Positions 11,901 through 24,489 of a stretch of DNA of 64,000 nucleotides are shown here, piece by piece. Each line of letters opens with the position of its first letter. Within the stretch, counting starts at the first letter, position 1. Location of the stretch: contig NC_058131.1 in assembly GCF_016433145.1 (NCBI RefSeq), positions 504,558,058 to 504,622,057 on the forward strand, read 5' to 3'. A program made the position numbers and the translations under genes. This DNA comes from Gracilinanus agilis (lineage: Eukaryota). A model generated the notes under the pieces. It did no database searches, had not been told where the DNA came from, and saw only the letters and a list, made by a program, of their open reading frames with translations.

Positions 11901-14900
11901 AACTTAATTTTGCTAAGACATAATGAATGGAAAAGTATTTAAAATAACATTCTCATCCTTGCTTAAAGTTGTGGGAGAATTTACACAGTTACATAGAATA
12001 AAATTCTAGTAATTTAAAATGTATTCTTTTAAAATTAATTTAAAAACAATGTTTAAGAAAATATAGAGCTTTAAGTATAAGTTTAAAGGCACTGGTTTTT
12101 TTTATCAAATTAAAATCTAAAAGACTTAAAAATTCCTATGTTTATGCTCATTTGGTTTTCTATCACACCTTTTTTCCTTAAATTCACAGAATATGCAATA
12201 TTTTAAAGAAAAAGGACCTCCTACAATTGGGGATTGTCACATAAACGCCTTTTCAACAAAATAGCACCTATAATATTTTCTTTATTTATCAAGACAAAAA
12301 CTATTTTGCACTTTAATTTTAATTTCATTGGATTGTGTGTTTATAACATATATAAAAAATAATCTATCCAAATTCACTGTGGAACCTGAACAAACATGAA
12401 TATCAAAGTGTCAATTAGGAGGGGGAAATGTCTGTTTTCAAATGCCAAAACGTATACATACTACTACTTAAACAATTAAAATGTTACATGTCATAATAAT
12501 AATAATAGAAGAATCATGCAATTAGCCACTAAAAATCTAAATGACTACTAAACTAATCTTTTGACTTGAAATAAAATGTAACCAGAAATGTCAAAAGTAC
12601 CCAAGTATCCCTTAGTGGGATGAAAAATAATTGTGAAACAGGTCACTTGAAAATCTTTGGAAAAATGGTTTATTAAAGCTTGATGAAGTGTTAACAAAAA
12701 CTATGATAACACTACAAAGCAATATGTCTATTTTTGAAAAAAAAATACCTCTTTGCAGCAAACAACTGAAATTCAACTTCTCATTGTAGGAAATCAAGTA
12801 CTAGAATACTATTCATAAAACTCAAATTTCATTTCCTGAATAATGCAATTTCAAAATACATTTGGGGGGGTCTGAGTCTAAGATGACTTAAAAAATGGAT
12901 ATGGATTTTAAAAAAGAAATACCTTTAGGGAATGATCTAAAAAGAAAATGGACTTTTGGTGAGATGACAGATTTTGAAAAAATCAAATACAGTACACAAA
13001 GAGAAGACTTAATAACAAGAAGAAAATTAATCAAATGTAAATACTATTGCCACAATGCCCAGAGGTATAGAAACACATTTGACCTATACTATATCAGTCA
13101 ATTATCTTTAAAATATAAGCATATCATTAACATGTTTAAATCTTTAACATTTTCTTTTAGTCTTAAAAAACCAGAAGTGTTCAATCTTAAGCAGTAAGAA
13201 CTTTCCTTTTTTTCCCCCCTTTTTAAATACATGTTGCTTACACATATAAATCTGGGTCATTACACATGTTGTTATGTAAAAATAGGGAGCAAAATTACAG
13301 GTATCAGCTATTTTTTTTTTTTTTACTATCTTCACCTACTCTGTATGGGGAGGATGAAGCCAAGGATTTTGGAAATAGCTGTATGAACTGTATTTCTTGT
13401 AGTCTGAATACATGTCCTAGGTTCTCTGAAATAGTACCAAATTCAAAGGAAAAAAGTGCTTTTAAAAACCACGATTTTGTGAAAGGAAATGGTTGATTTA
13501 AGTTTTTGATTCAAAAAATGTTCACTTTAAGTCTAACAGAAGCAACATACAGAGCAATAGTAGCTGGCCAAATTCCAGGTTCATGAAATAGGATGGACAA
13601 ACAACTTTAGGCAAGGAAACTAAGTGCAATGGCGAGCACCTCACTAAAAATACAATTGGGAGGAAAGAAATGGAAAGAAGGATAAAGGCCAGAAAGAATC
13701 ATTTGCTAAAACTCAGAAGACAAAATGCTACAGAAAATGACTGAAATCAGGTTTGTGAAGTGCTCTTACAGTAAAAAATTTGTTTCTTTCCACTTGAAAT
13801 CCATTTTCAAAAGCAATTTATAAAAAAAAAAAACTATCTTTTTGGGGAAATATTCATTATGTCTACAGTTTTAAATGAACTTGATTAAGAAAATTAACAG
13901 GTGAATAAAACCCACCAGGTAGTTGTGGAGACTTTTTTCTTTGGGTTAAGAATATTTCCGGTATCTTGATAAACATTTCTTCTCTGATGTTATTTTTTCC
14001 ATTTCTAAAGCCCTAACAATTTAGAAATTGCCTCCTAATAAAATTCTTGATTCAGTAATTTTCTGCTACATTAATTTTTTTTAAAGAGCCAGTTCCCTAA
14101 AGAAGAGGATATACATACAAAAGATATATTTAATTATCACAGGGAAATAAATAGCAAATTCCAATATGATTTAGTAATACGACTTTCAAATTTATATACA
14201 AATTATTTAAAATGAAAAGATATTTAATAACACTGTAATACAATTAATTTACAAGATCATTATGTTCCATAATTTAAGTGGCTTACCATAAATAAACTTA
14301 GCTATTTAGCAGTTAATAATTATTAGGAATTTGATTAAACAAATCTCTTCTATTATTGGCAAAGAGAAGACCACACTGAATAATTAACAAATCCTGGGTA
14401 AAAGAAATGAGCAATAAATTAGAAATGGTCCCCTCACAAAAACATGTTTCCTACTGAATTTTTAAAACAGCTAACTGAAAGAGGTGAACAAGAACATACT
14501 AAATCGTAGTCATGTTCTTGTAAAATAACATTTGGGGATATATTTAAAATAATGTAACATTCAAAATAAATTTTATGTCTTCTATAAATAAAATTATTAC
14601 AATTCTACTAGTCTTTCAGAATAATTTCTTATACAATTAAAAGCATTCATTATGTAATCCCTAGAAATATTAGAAGCATTAAAATTAAGACAAAGTTCAA
14701 GGGGAAAAAGAACGAATGTTGGAATTCAAGGCAGGTATATTTAGGATGTGCATGAACTGTTTCAGGAAAATGGAAATATGATTTATTAACTTGCTCTGTT
14801 AGAGGTGTGACCCATAATTACTGGAAAACTGAAGGAGTTAATGAATTTCATAATACCTAATATATATATTTATATATATTTATTTCACTAGAAGGAGCTC

Positions 14901-16436
14901 ATCTTATGAATAATGATGGCCTCTGGAGAATCATGATTTCTTTAAGGCTAAAATAACTGATCTTCTTAGTTTCTTTCCTAAAGTATCATCTTTGCTCATT
15001 TATCTCAATCACTGATATTAAGTTTCAAAAGAAAATAGAGCCCCAGTCAATTAGAACTTACAAGAAGGTCAAATTGCATATTTCCCAAACAAGTACATTC
15101 ATTTAGTAAAAAACGCTATGGGAGTTGGCAGGGGTGGAGTTGGTAGGAATTATGGTGTGGTACTAAACCTATATACCACATTAATGGCATACAGGTACAC
15201 CTATATTTCTTTTTGGTTTGTTCATATGTATTTTCATTATTTATTGAAAAGAAGGCAGTCATTTCATCTTAACATTTTGCATAATGGGAAAACTGTTTTC
15301 TCTTTCAGTGGCTTGAAAGCATGAATTTCAAAATGTAACATATAATACAGTTTGAATCTGCATTTCAATGGTATTAATTACAAGAGCATTATACATTAAA
15401 TAGTGACATTTTGGTATATATAATTAGGAGAGGGAGAATTTTGAAAAGGAAGGCATCACTATGGACTTAATTTGAAGCTGTGTTATAGTAAATTTTGATT
15501 ATTTAGAGGTGGGTTATTAGTTTATGGTTTAACTTAACCGTTCCTTTCTCATCAGAGCTGTCTTTTGCTTATTTTATCTCTTATAAAGCTCTTCCATCAG
15601 AAGACAGAGTAAAGAAAAAGGAAAATTGTATTTATCAGTTTCTAAGTTCACTTTAAACTACCATCAACCACATCACCAAAAGCATATTGTTTGAACATTT
15701 TTCTTAACTATTTTCCTGTATTTAAGAAAGTCCCTTTAGGTCTGTATAGCAATTGCCTTATTTACTACTTTGCTGTGCAGTTAAAAAAAACTACCTCTAG
15801 GATAACCACTGCTATTTATAGGAATCTTAATTAATATTACAAATTTATGTCTCATTTGCATATTCTGTGAACTGCTTGTGGATTGTGATAATTCATTCTA
15901 GGCTTTCTCATCATGACCTTGAATACCGAGTGTACAAATAACCATCCCTGACTCAATAAGAATTATGAAACCACTGGGCTCTTTCAAAAATACAAAAAAA
16001 TTACTCTTAATAATTCTTAAGAAGAAAATGTGAATAAAATGTATATCAATATTTTGAAAATATCAATATTGGCCATTTAATTCCCAGTGACATCAATTAC
16101 ATAATGATTTAATATTAAATATATTACTACATAAACAGTGCAATATTTCAGTATTCACATCAGGCTAAAGTTAATGCTGCTATTATCTTTGATGTTGCCA
16201 TCAAGAAAGTAATAAATAAAGTAAGTTCATGCCCAAATCCTCTCCCAAATACTAAAAAGGTTATCATCGATTAAAAAAACCACAAAAAAACACGTTAGTC
16301 TTGACTTTGTTACACATGATTCCTATAAACATGGTTAATCTCAAATTTCAGTCTTTATAATTCCCTCTGTTTTTTTGTAAAATAAAATGTAACTACAGTT
16401 CCTATAACCTTTTTTTTTTTTTGCATAGGGAATGGA

Positions 16437-16442
16437 TTTATT
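16437..16442 (-). terminator. candidate poly(A) signal 2 (AATAAA)
   Basis: CA about 14 nt downstream, followed by a genomic A13 (plus-strand T 16410-16422) and a U-rich tract. Confidence 0.55.
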
Positions 16443-16902
16443 TTACTTTAAAATGCAGCAAGCTCTTAATGAAACTTCTTAGACAAAAAGTTAGCACTTA
16501 AGATTCCCATGTTAGTTCAGAACTTGAGCAATAAAAGTGCTCTGCATAAGTTTATAAAATGTTTTTCATATTTAAAAGTTAATTGAAATGTTTGAAAACA
16601 AATCACATTTATGATGCTAAGATAATTATATACATAATAAACTACCACAGGAGGAAATCCCTCTCTGTAGCGCAACACAGTGTACAGTTATGAAGCACAG
16701 TGTTTAGTAAAACTTCCCTTTAGTTTGTCCTCACATCAGTGCATAAGTGGCTTACGATTTCACCATATAGTTAGGCCTATTCTATTTGTTGCATACAAAA
16801 AATAGAAGAGGGATGTGAGGTGTAATTTAAAGTAGATAATGGAAAAAATGGTTAAAATACAGTACATGTGGTATAAGCTGTGCACTTTATAAAACAGTCC
16901 GC

Positions 16903-16908
16903 TTTATT
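16903..16908 (-). terminator. candidate poly(A) signal 1 (AATAAA)
   Basis: CA dinucleotide about 22 nt downstream, then a U-rich tract (TGTACTGTATTTT...TTTTTT) on the minus strand. Confidence 0.5.
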
Positions 16909-17644
16909 TTGTCATACTCCTTCATAAAGTGCAATATGACTTAGAAAAGAGATAAATGTACCCTAATGTATTGCAATAGCCATTAAAACAAATTGCTAGG
17001 AAAGAGCAGTGTGAAATTAAAAAACATGCATTTCTCATATGGATCCCAAATACATACTGTGGGACTTTATATTTTTGAATCCTTTTTAGAAAAAGATTTA
17101 CATTTGCAGGTTATCATCATCTGTAAGCACAAATTAGAAACAATAAGTTAAAATCTTCCCTCAAGAAACAAATGTATTCAACACATGAAATCCATCACAA
17201 AATCCTTAAGAAAAATCAGACATTTTCACTGGTAAGTCACTATGCAAAGGGTGCAAAGTTTTCTTTGAAACCCCATGACATCCAGAGCTGGAAACATCTT
17301 ACTTAGCACAGGCCAATTCCTGTTAGCAGACATCTAAACAAAGACTTATTTTGTAAGCAGCTCAAACCTAAACAGTTGGGGAAAATCTCTAATTAAATAT
17401 ACTGAAACCTTTGCTCTTTTAAGAAAAGCACTGTTTGTATTATTCTTGATTTCCAAACAGTGTTAATACTAGCTCTATTCACAGTAATATACTGGGTCCA
17501 GAATAACTGGACAAGGACAAACCAAACAGAAGAAATCCATTGCAGGTATTTTTTTTTTAAATCAATAAACATCTCTCAGTTCTAAACTGGGGGAAGTAAA
17601 GGTGCCGGATGTCCCCAATTCCCTTTCTACCACTGTAATAGTCC

Positions 17645-17881
17645 TCAGTCAGAGAACTGGAAAATGGTTTCTGGATTATTGCTATCAGGATTACTTGGCT
17701 GCAGTGTCTTTGTTGGTGTAGTTTTACCATGAGAATGAGAGGAAGAAGAATGAGAACTTTCACTGGAGCTGCTGCGGGTCTCTGTACTTGTGCTGGTCTT
17801 CTTCATCTTTCTTCTCTTTGCAAGAGGAGCCTTATCGACATTCTGGAGGCAGAATCCCTCCCTCTTGTACTTGTTGAAGGC
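17645..17881 (-). CDS. RPS6KA5: MSK1 exon 17 coding part: MAPK docking site/NLS, Ser750/752/758, stop
   Basis: 237 nt; AFNKYKREGFCLQNVDKAPLAKRRKMKKTSTSTETRSSSSESSHSSSSHSHGKTTPTKTLQPSNPDSNNPETIFQFSD then TGA at 17647-17645. Confidence 0.97.
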   Translation of the reverse strand, partial: AFNKYKREGFCLQNVDKAPLAKRRKMKKTSTSTETRSSSSESSHSSSSHSHGKTTPTKTLQPSNPDSNNPETIFQFSD

Positions 17882-18799
17882 CTAATGGGAATAAAAATGA
17901 TATGTGTTAAAGTAAGACTATTTTAATATTTTAAATTCCACTAATAAGTCATGTCTTATTGTAGCAAGAACCACCACTTTGGCATTCCTTCTCTCCTGAC
18001 TATTACGTTATGAAAAAAATCACTTTAATTACCACCTCCATATTATTTAGGATGATAATGTCAGTCATAGGAGGAGTATTTCTAAAAGTCATGCGGCATA
18101 ACAAAACCCCCCTTTTAAAATACTATGTGCAGATCAACGTTATGTCTGGAAGAAATCTGTTAGACTCAATTTAGCAAATCATTGGTTAACTGGCATTATC
18201 TGAAGAACAGTAACAATCCAGAACACCACCACTTCACTGGCTCCAGGTTTGGCCTTAGAAATTTCTATCACCAAGTACTCAGACTATGCAACTATGCTTC
18301 GTTATAGTTTTGTACTCTCCAGATACAACTTCAATTTCAATTATTCATATTACATATTCAATTTAATTCAGATGTTTAGGACTTATTCTGTGCTCAGTAA
18401 CTTGTTCCTGGTTACTACAAAAAGTACCTCACTCATTCTTTGGCTAACTCCTCATCATAGCTATGTTGAAACTACTCTCCTTGACCTCTTGTCTCTCCCT
18501 ATTCTGTGGCTATCAGGTCTGTGAATCTTGCCTATCACAAGAAGATGGAGGATAAAGCTCTCCGGGGGCATTTCTCTATTCTTCAGTACATGTTCCCCTA
18601 CCCTGACATTCATCCTCTCATTCTTCTGTTTAGTCTGTCCTCCTCCTTTCTTAAGAGAACCTCTTTGGAGAACCTGTTTTCTTGCTCCTGACTCTTCTGA
18701 TCCAACACTGGCTTTTCCTGAATTACTGACATTTGTTCAGCACTTCTGTATATAATTGGCACCATAATAACACACATTTCTTATAAGGCTGAAAATTTA

Positions 18800-19040
18800 T
18801 TTATTGTCTTTAAATATTATAATGAAAATAACTAACATTTACATAATACTTCTTATGTGCCAGGCACTGTGCTAAGGGCTTTTGATGCTCACACAACCCT
18901 GTGAGGTAGATGATATTCTTATCTCCATTTTACAGATGAAAGAACTAAGGCAAACAAAAGGTCAAGTGTCTTGTTCCAGAGTCTTACAGCTGGAATGGTT
19001 TTTCCAACTCTGGGTCTGGCTCTCTATCCACTGAACCATC
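18800..19040 (-). mobile_element. MIR-family SINE
   Basis: atgtgccaggcactgtgcta...cattttacagatgaaagaactaaggc...aagtgtcttg. Confidence 0.8.
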
Positions 19041-19073
19041 TACAATACACATACAGAAACAGGCACAGATAGG

Positions 19074-19078
<5 letters not shown>

Positions 19079-19112
<34 letters not shown>
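19079..19112. repeat. (CA)n microsatellite
   Basis: About 16 uninterrupted CA units. Confidence 0.97.
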
Positions 19113-19114
<2 letters not shown>

Positions 19115-19634
19115 CCAACTAGCAAACTAGTTGATGGTGGGTTTTGGATTGTTTATTCCCTTTGTAGTCTTGTTGGCATTTTGTAGAATGTTATATACAT
19201 AATAACTGTTTACTGAAGGAAAGGCTTTATTTTTAGCTTAGATTAAGTATATGGTCTCAACACAAATGTTTACATTTTTTAAAGAAAATAGACTGGATTC
19301 TGTTTCCATTGTGACAAGTCATTATAAAGAATTTAAAGTTGCTACTTGGAATTATGGAATTTTAAAGTAAACACTCAGCTTTTATACATTTTAAAATTCT
19401 TTTGATGTTGTTTTGATTCCTTGATAAAGAGCGATAGGGAAACCAGAAGTGACTGATCCATTAAACACATATAATTTTCTATACTGTTGGCATATATTGA
19501 AGCTACCACACAAATTTTAGATGTTATTGTAAATACATTATTTTAAAAGGAGGGAACATGCTTTATAAACCTGCATTTATGAGAGAATTCTACATATAAT
19601 ATAAATAGTAAGAACTGATTATAAATTTATTTCA

Positions 19635-19928
<294 letters not shown>

Positions 19929-20169
19929 TCAGACCTAATTTCTGTCCTTAAGGGACTTATAGTCTAGTTGGGTTGATAGGACAAAACAAAAAGCCCAAAA
20001 ATTAGTGTTAAGGAAGATTTCTATTGCAGTTGAAAATTTGTAAGTATAAGACCAGACATAAATCCAAATAATATGTAAGGTAAGGGAATTTACAAGTCTT
20101 CAAACCTGAAACATCATATTTTAATTTGAAATTAATCCTTCCTTGAACACTAAATGGTGATATCAAATT

Positions 20170-23100
20170 AATTGTCTTATCTATGTCTTATAGTTATTTA
20201 TCAGTTCTTTCTCTAGAGGTGGACATACACAAGTTATTCTTTAAATGATATTTCTGTTGCTTTATGTAATGTTCTTTTGGTTCTGCTCACTTAACTCTTC
20301 ATAATTTCATGTAGGTGTTTCCATGTTTTAAAAAAATTAACCTCATCATTTCTTATAACGTAATAGTATTCCATCACAATCATGTGCTACAACTTGTTTA
20401 GACATTCCCCAATTGATAGGTATCCCTTCAATTTCCAGTTCTTTGCTACCACAAAGAGAGCTGTTATAAATATTTTAGAATACAGGTTCTTTTCTTTTTC
20501 CCTGATCACTTTAGGAAATAAACTTGATAGTAGTACTGCTGCATCAAAAGATAAACGCAGTTTTATAACTTTGGGGCATAATTCCAGATTGCTCTCAAAA
20601 TGGTTGGATCAGTTCAGTTCACATGCTATAAATATTTTTATGCCTATAGGGCCTTTCTACTATCATTAATCTTGGGGTATATAACTAGTAGTTGAATAAC
20701 TAAGTGAAAGGGTACAGATACCTTAATTATTTTCATAACAATTCAAAACTCCTTTTTGAAGATGATTTTATTTTAAATCAACAAACTCTTATTTTCTTGC
20801 CCTCTTATATTGCAAAACAAAACGAAACAAATATACATATTCAAATGATCAAATTGAATATGTCCAAAACTGTATGTCTCATTCTGCACCATGTATCCTT
20901 GAATTCTCTGTCAGAAGAAAGATAAAATGCTTCATCAGTTTCCTAGAATTCTGGTTGGTCATTGTACAGGTTCTCACTTGGCTCTGAATCACTTTATACA
21001 AATGTTCCCAGGCTTCTCTGAACCTATCAGAGGGACTGTACTAACTCACAGGTCCATCAACAGGTCATTGATGTTTGTTTCTTCAATATTTCCTCACCAA
21101 CATTTGTCATTATTATTTTTTTGTCATCTTTGCCAATTTGATGGGTATGAGATAGAACCTTAGAGTTATTTTAATTTGAATTCCTTTTAATTAGTAATAT
21201 GGGACATTTTTACATTTTTTTGTGGATAGTTTGTATTTCTTCCTTTAGGATTAACTGTTCACCTATTTTTGATTATTTATGAATAGAGGAAAAATTCTTA
21301 TTCTCATAAGAGAATTTTTGGATATGTCTATTGTGGCAATTTGTTTTGCTCCACCATTCATAGTTGCTATATGGGGCTTTGTTTTTATTTTAATTTTTCC
21401 CAAGGGACAGCAGAAGTGAAAAAGGCAAGAAAATAAATGCTTATAAGTTGAGACATAAAATAAAGGAAAATAAAATTTTTAAAAAGTAAAACAAATTGTA
21501 TTCATATAGTTCCTATATATCTTGGGAGGTAATCTCCCTCCTTAGTTTTTTTTTTTAAATATTTAAAGCCCTTACTTCTGTCTTAGAACCAATACTGTGT
21601 TCAAAGGCAGAAGAGTGGTAAGAAGAATGGCAATGGGGGTTAAGTGACTTGCCCAGGGTCACCCAGCTAGGAAGTGTCTGAGGCTAGATTTGAACCTAGG
21701 ACCTCCTACCTTTAGGTCTGGATCTCAATTCACTGAGCTACTCAGCTGCCCCCATCCTCCTTACTTTTTGTAGTTCCTTTGAAAGGGATTTTTCTTTCCT
21801 ATCTCTTCCTAATGAGGTCTGTTAGTGATATATAAAGATGTTGATGATTTATAGATTTATTTTATTTCTTGCAACTTTGCCCAAACTTAAACTCACAACT
21901 TCTTTTTCTTGTCTTATGCTTATATTTAATATTTCTAGCACTTTATCAGTTAGAAGTAGGGATAACAAACATTCTTGATTTACTAGAAAGGATTCTAGTT
22001 TATTCCCATTACTAACAATGCTGGATTTCTGATTTAGATAGATACTATTTACTATGTTAAGAAAAGGTCTATTTATTCTGAGTATTCCTAGTTGTTGTTT
22101 TTTAAAAATAGAAATGGATGTTGCCTTTTAGCAAAAACTTTCTCCACATATTGATAGAATAATATGATTTTTTTTGTTTTCATAATAATACGGTCAGTTA
22201 TGTTGACAGTTTCCCTAATAGTCAATGAACCCTCATTTTTAGGATAAATCCACCCTGGTCATTGTGTTTAATTTTTTTGGTTATGATTCTGTGGCAAATA
22301 CTATAAAAAAACTGTCAATATTTAGTAGGGATTTGGGGTGTACTTCTCCTATGTTTTGGCTCATCCATTTCAGTATCAAGACCACATATGAATTTTGGAA
22401 GGAACTTTGTAGCATCTTTCTTTTCCTATTTTTGCAAATAGTTTATGTAATGTTAGATTTATTCTTTGCAGATTGATAGAACTTGCTTATAAATGCATCT
22501 GGTGCCAGCTTTGTTGTTTATTCTTTTGGGAGTTAATTTGCAGTTTGTTCAATTTCTTTCCATGAGTTTTGACTATTTAAATCCTGTTAATAGTTCAGTT
22601 TATCTGGGCATTTTGTATTTTTCTAAATATTCATCAACTTAATTGAGGATGTCAATTTTCCTGACATATAATTGGGCAAAGTAGTTTCTTTCTTTTGAAT
22701 TTGTTGTGAATTCTTATTGGTAACCACTGGTAATTCATTTTTCTTTTCTTCTTTAAATTGAGTTAGCTAATGAGCTATCCATTTTATTGTTGTTTTATTT
22801 TTCCTTAAAAATAGTTCTAACTTTTGTTTATTAATTTAATTTCTTTTTTTTGTTTCAAATTTCTTAAATTCAATTTTGACTTCAAATTTTCTGTTTTGTT
22901 GTTTAGGTTTAAAAATGTGGTTTTTCTAGCTAGTTATTTTGCTTCATGACTAATTAATCAATTTATTCTTTGTGTCTTTACAACATTAACATAAACCTGT
23001 TTAGAGATATACATTTTCCTATAAGGACTGATTTGCTTCTATCCCACAAAAGGTGGCATGTTACTTCAGTTGCCTATTAAATGATAAAAGTCATTATCTT

Positions 23101-23270
23101 TAATTAAATTATCTAGTATGTCTATGATTTGTTCTTTGTTCTATCAATTTTTCATGATTAGGTTATTTTTAGTCTTCTATTATGTTTTAATATTTTCTAG
23201 CCCTTTAATGAATGATTCTTATTGCACTGTGGTCATTAAAGGATGTGTTGAACATTTCTTTTTGTCTTTT
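20170..23270 (-). mobile_element. decayed L1 (ORF2 3' half and 3'UTR), sense to RPS6KA5, intron 15
   Basis: Reversed L1 motifs ttccatcacaatcatg...cattccccaattgatagg and tgattttttttgttttcataataatacggtc. Boundaries approximate. Confidence 0.8.
21546..21753 (-). mobile_element. SINE1_Mdo-like
   Basis: Same reversed consensus as 326-525. Confidence 0.9.
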
Positions 23271-23284
23271 GTTTGTGTAGGAGA

Positions 23285-23510
23285 TAGAATGCTAGGGTTA
23301 GAGTCAGGAAGACCTGTCTTCAAATTCAGCCCCATACACTATTTGATCACAGGCAAATCAATTTATTTTTGTTTCAGTTCAACTGAAAAATGGGGCTAAT
23401 ATTGGTACCTTCCTCACAGAGCTGTTGTGAGGACTAAATGAAAAAATATTTGTACAGTGCTTAGCATAGTGCTTCACACTCAGGTACTATATAAATGCTA
23501 TTATTATTAT
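23285..23510 (+). mobile_element. MIR-family SINE
   Basis: ttagagtcaggaagacctg...ggcaaatca...gttgtgagg...cttagcatagtgc. Confidence 0.8.
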
Positions 23511-24034
23511 GTCCTTATACATGATTAATTTTGTAAAGATGTCACAGACAACTGTGATACATGTATATTCCTTTCTATTCCCAATAAGCAATTGGCAGAG
23601 ATCTATCATTGCTAACTTTCAAAAAGTTTTATTCGTGTCAAATGAATTTTTTCAAGGTTCTTGGAAAGGGTTAAATTACTCTGTGCAGCCCTAAACTGTC
23701 TGATACAGAGTTAAAAGATTTGGAAACAGCTCTGTGGCTCTGATCCCTGATCCTAAGAGCAAATCAGAATTTCAAGAGAGGATTCAGTCCATAGGCCAGT
23801 AACCAAGATGGGAATATGGACCAAGAATTGACCAACACCTTTTTGCTCTGAACCTTCAGGACCTTCCAGCTAGTTTACAAGGAATGGGGTTTGCAACTGT
23901 TTTCTGAAATACTATCCATAGGGCAAGTCTAGTTGTTTTTGTTTGCTTGTTTTTTTGCCTGGCCCCAAATCTAGGTGAGGAGCCTACTAACTTCAGAGAA
24001 ATAAACAGTGATCATAATGAAAATTTGTCTAGCT

Positions 24035-24160
24035 CAGTGATGGGCAAACTACTTCCCCACAGGCCAGATCCAGGCCAAAATTTGCCCATCACTCCCTTAA
24101 GCAAATCCGTAATCACTATGGGCTGGATCTGGCCCTTGGGGAAAAGTCTGCCCATCACTG
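24035..24160. mobile_element. hAT MITE (MER58/Charlie-like), 126 bp, with an internal third TIR
   Basis: TIRs cagtgatgggcaaact / agtctgcccatcactg (15/16); degenerate TSD gtctagct / ggctagcc. Confidence 0.85.
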
Positions 24161-24489
24161 GGCTAGCCCTTTGCCTGTTGGCTGAATCCAGGTTCCTGCT
24201 CCAGGGTTATAACATATATTCACCTTTGGTCTATATTCTCTTTTCTTATTACTAGCCTGTGGGCTAAATCTCTGATCTTACATTGGAAAAATGGTCCCCT
24301 GAGGTTTCTCCTTGGAATTCCCAATCATGACTCAGTCTGGTGTTCTTTCTCAGTCTTTGTCTAAGTAGTTGTGAGAGAGAGCTCTGCTGTCCTGCTTCCT
24401 CAAACTCTGCTAACTTTACCATTCTCTCAAATTACTTCTCAGAATGATCAATCAATTCAGTTTCCCCAATAGAGCCTGTCTTTTTACAG

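Larger units (their letters stand above)
16420..17644 (-). promoter_or_regulatory. RPS6KA5 proximal 3'UTR (about 1.2 kb)
   Basis: Follows the stop codon, has no recognisable repeats, and ends near AATAAA at 16442-16437. The 3' end is inferred. Confidence 0.7.

Noticed and set aside
12895-13496. Overlapping 63-100 aa ORFs downstream of the gene
   Set aside because: Low-complexity AT-rich translations with no homology or splice signals.
16410-16422. A13 tract after the poly(A) signal as a retrocopy tail
   Set aside because: The gene has introns and no TSD is present; the tract is only an internal-priming caveat for 3'-end data.
16869-16889. mRNA-strand TAAAGTGCACAGCTTATA resembles mature miR-20a (TAAAGTGCTTATAG)
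   Set aside because: It needs a 4-nt insertion and there is no pre-miRNA-length hairpin. The similarity follows from complementarity to the adjacent seed site.
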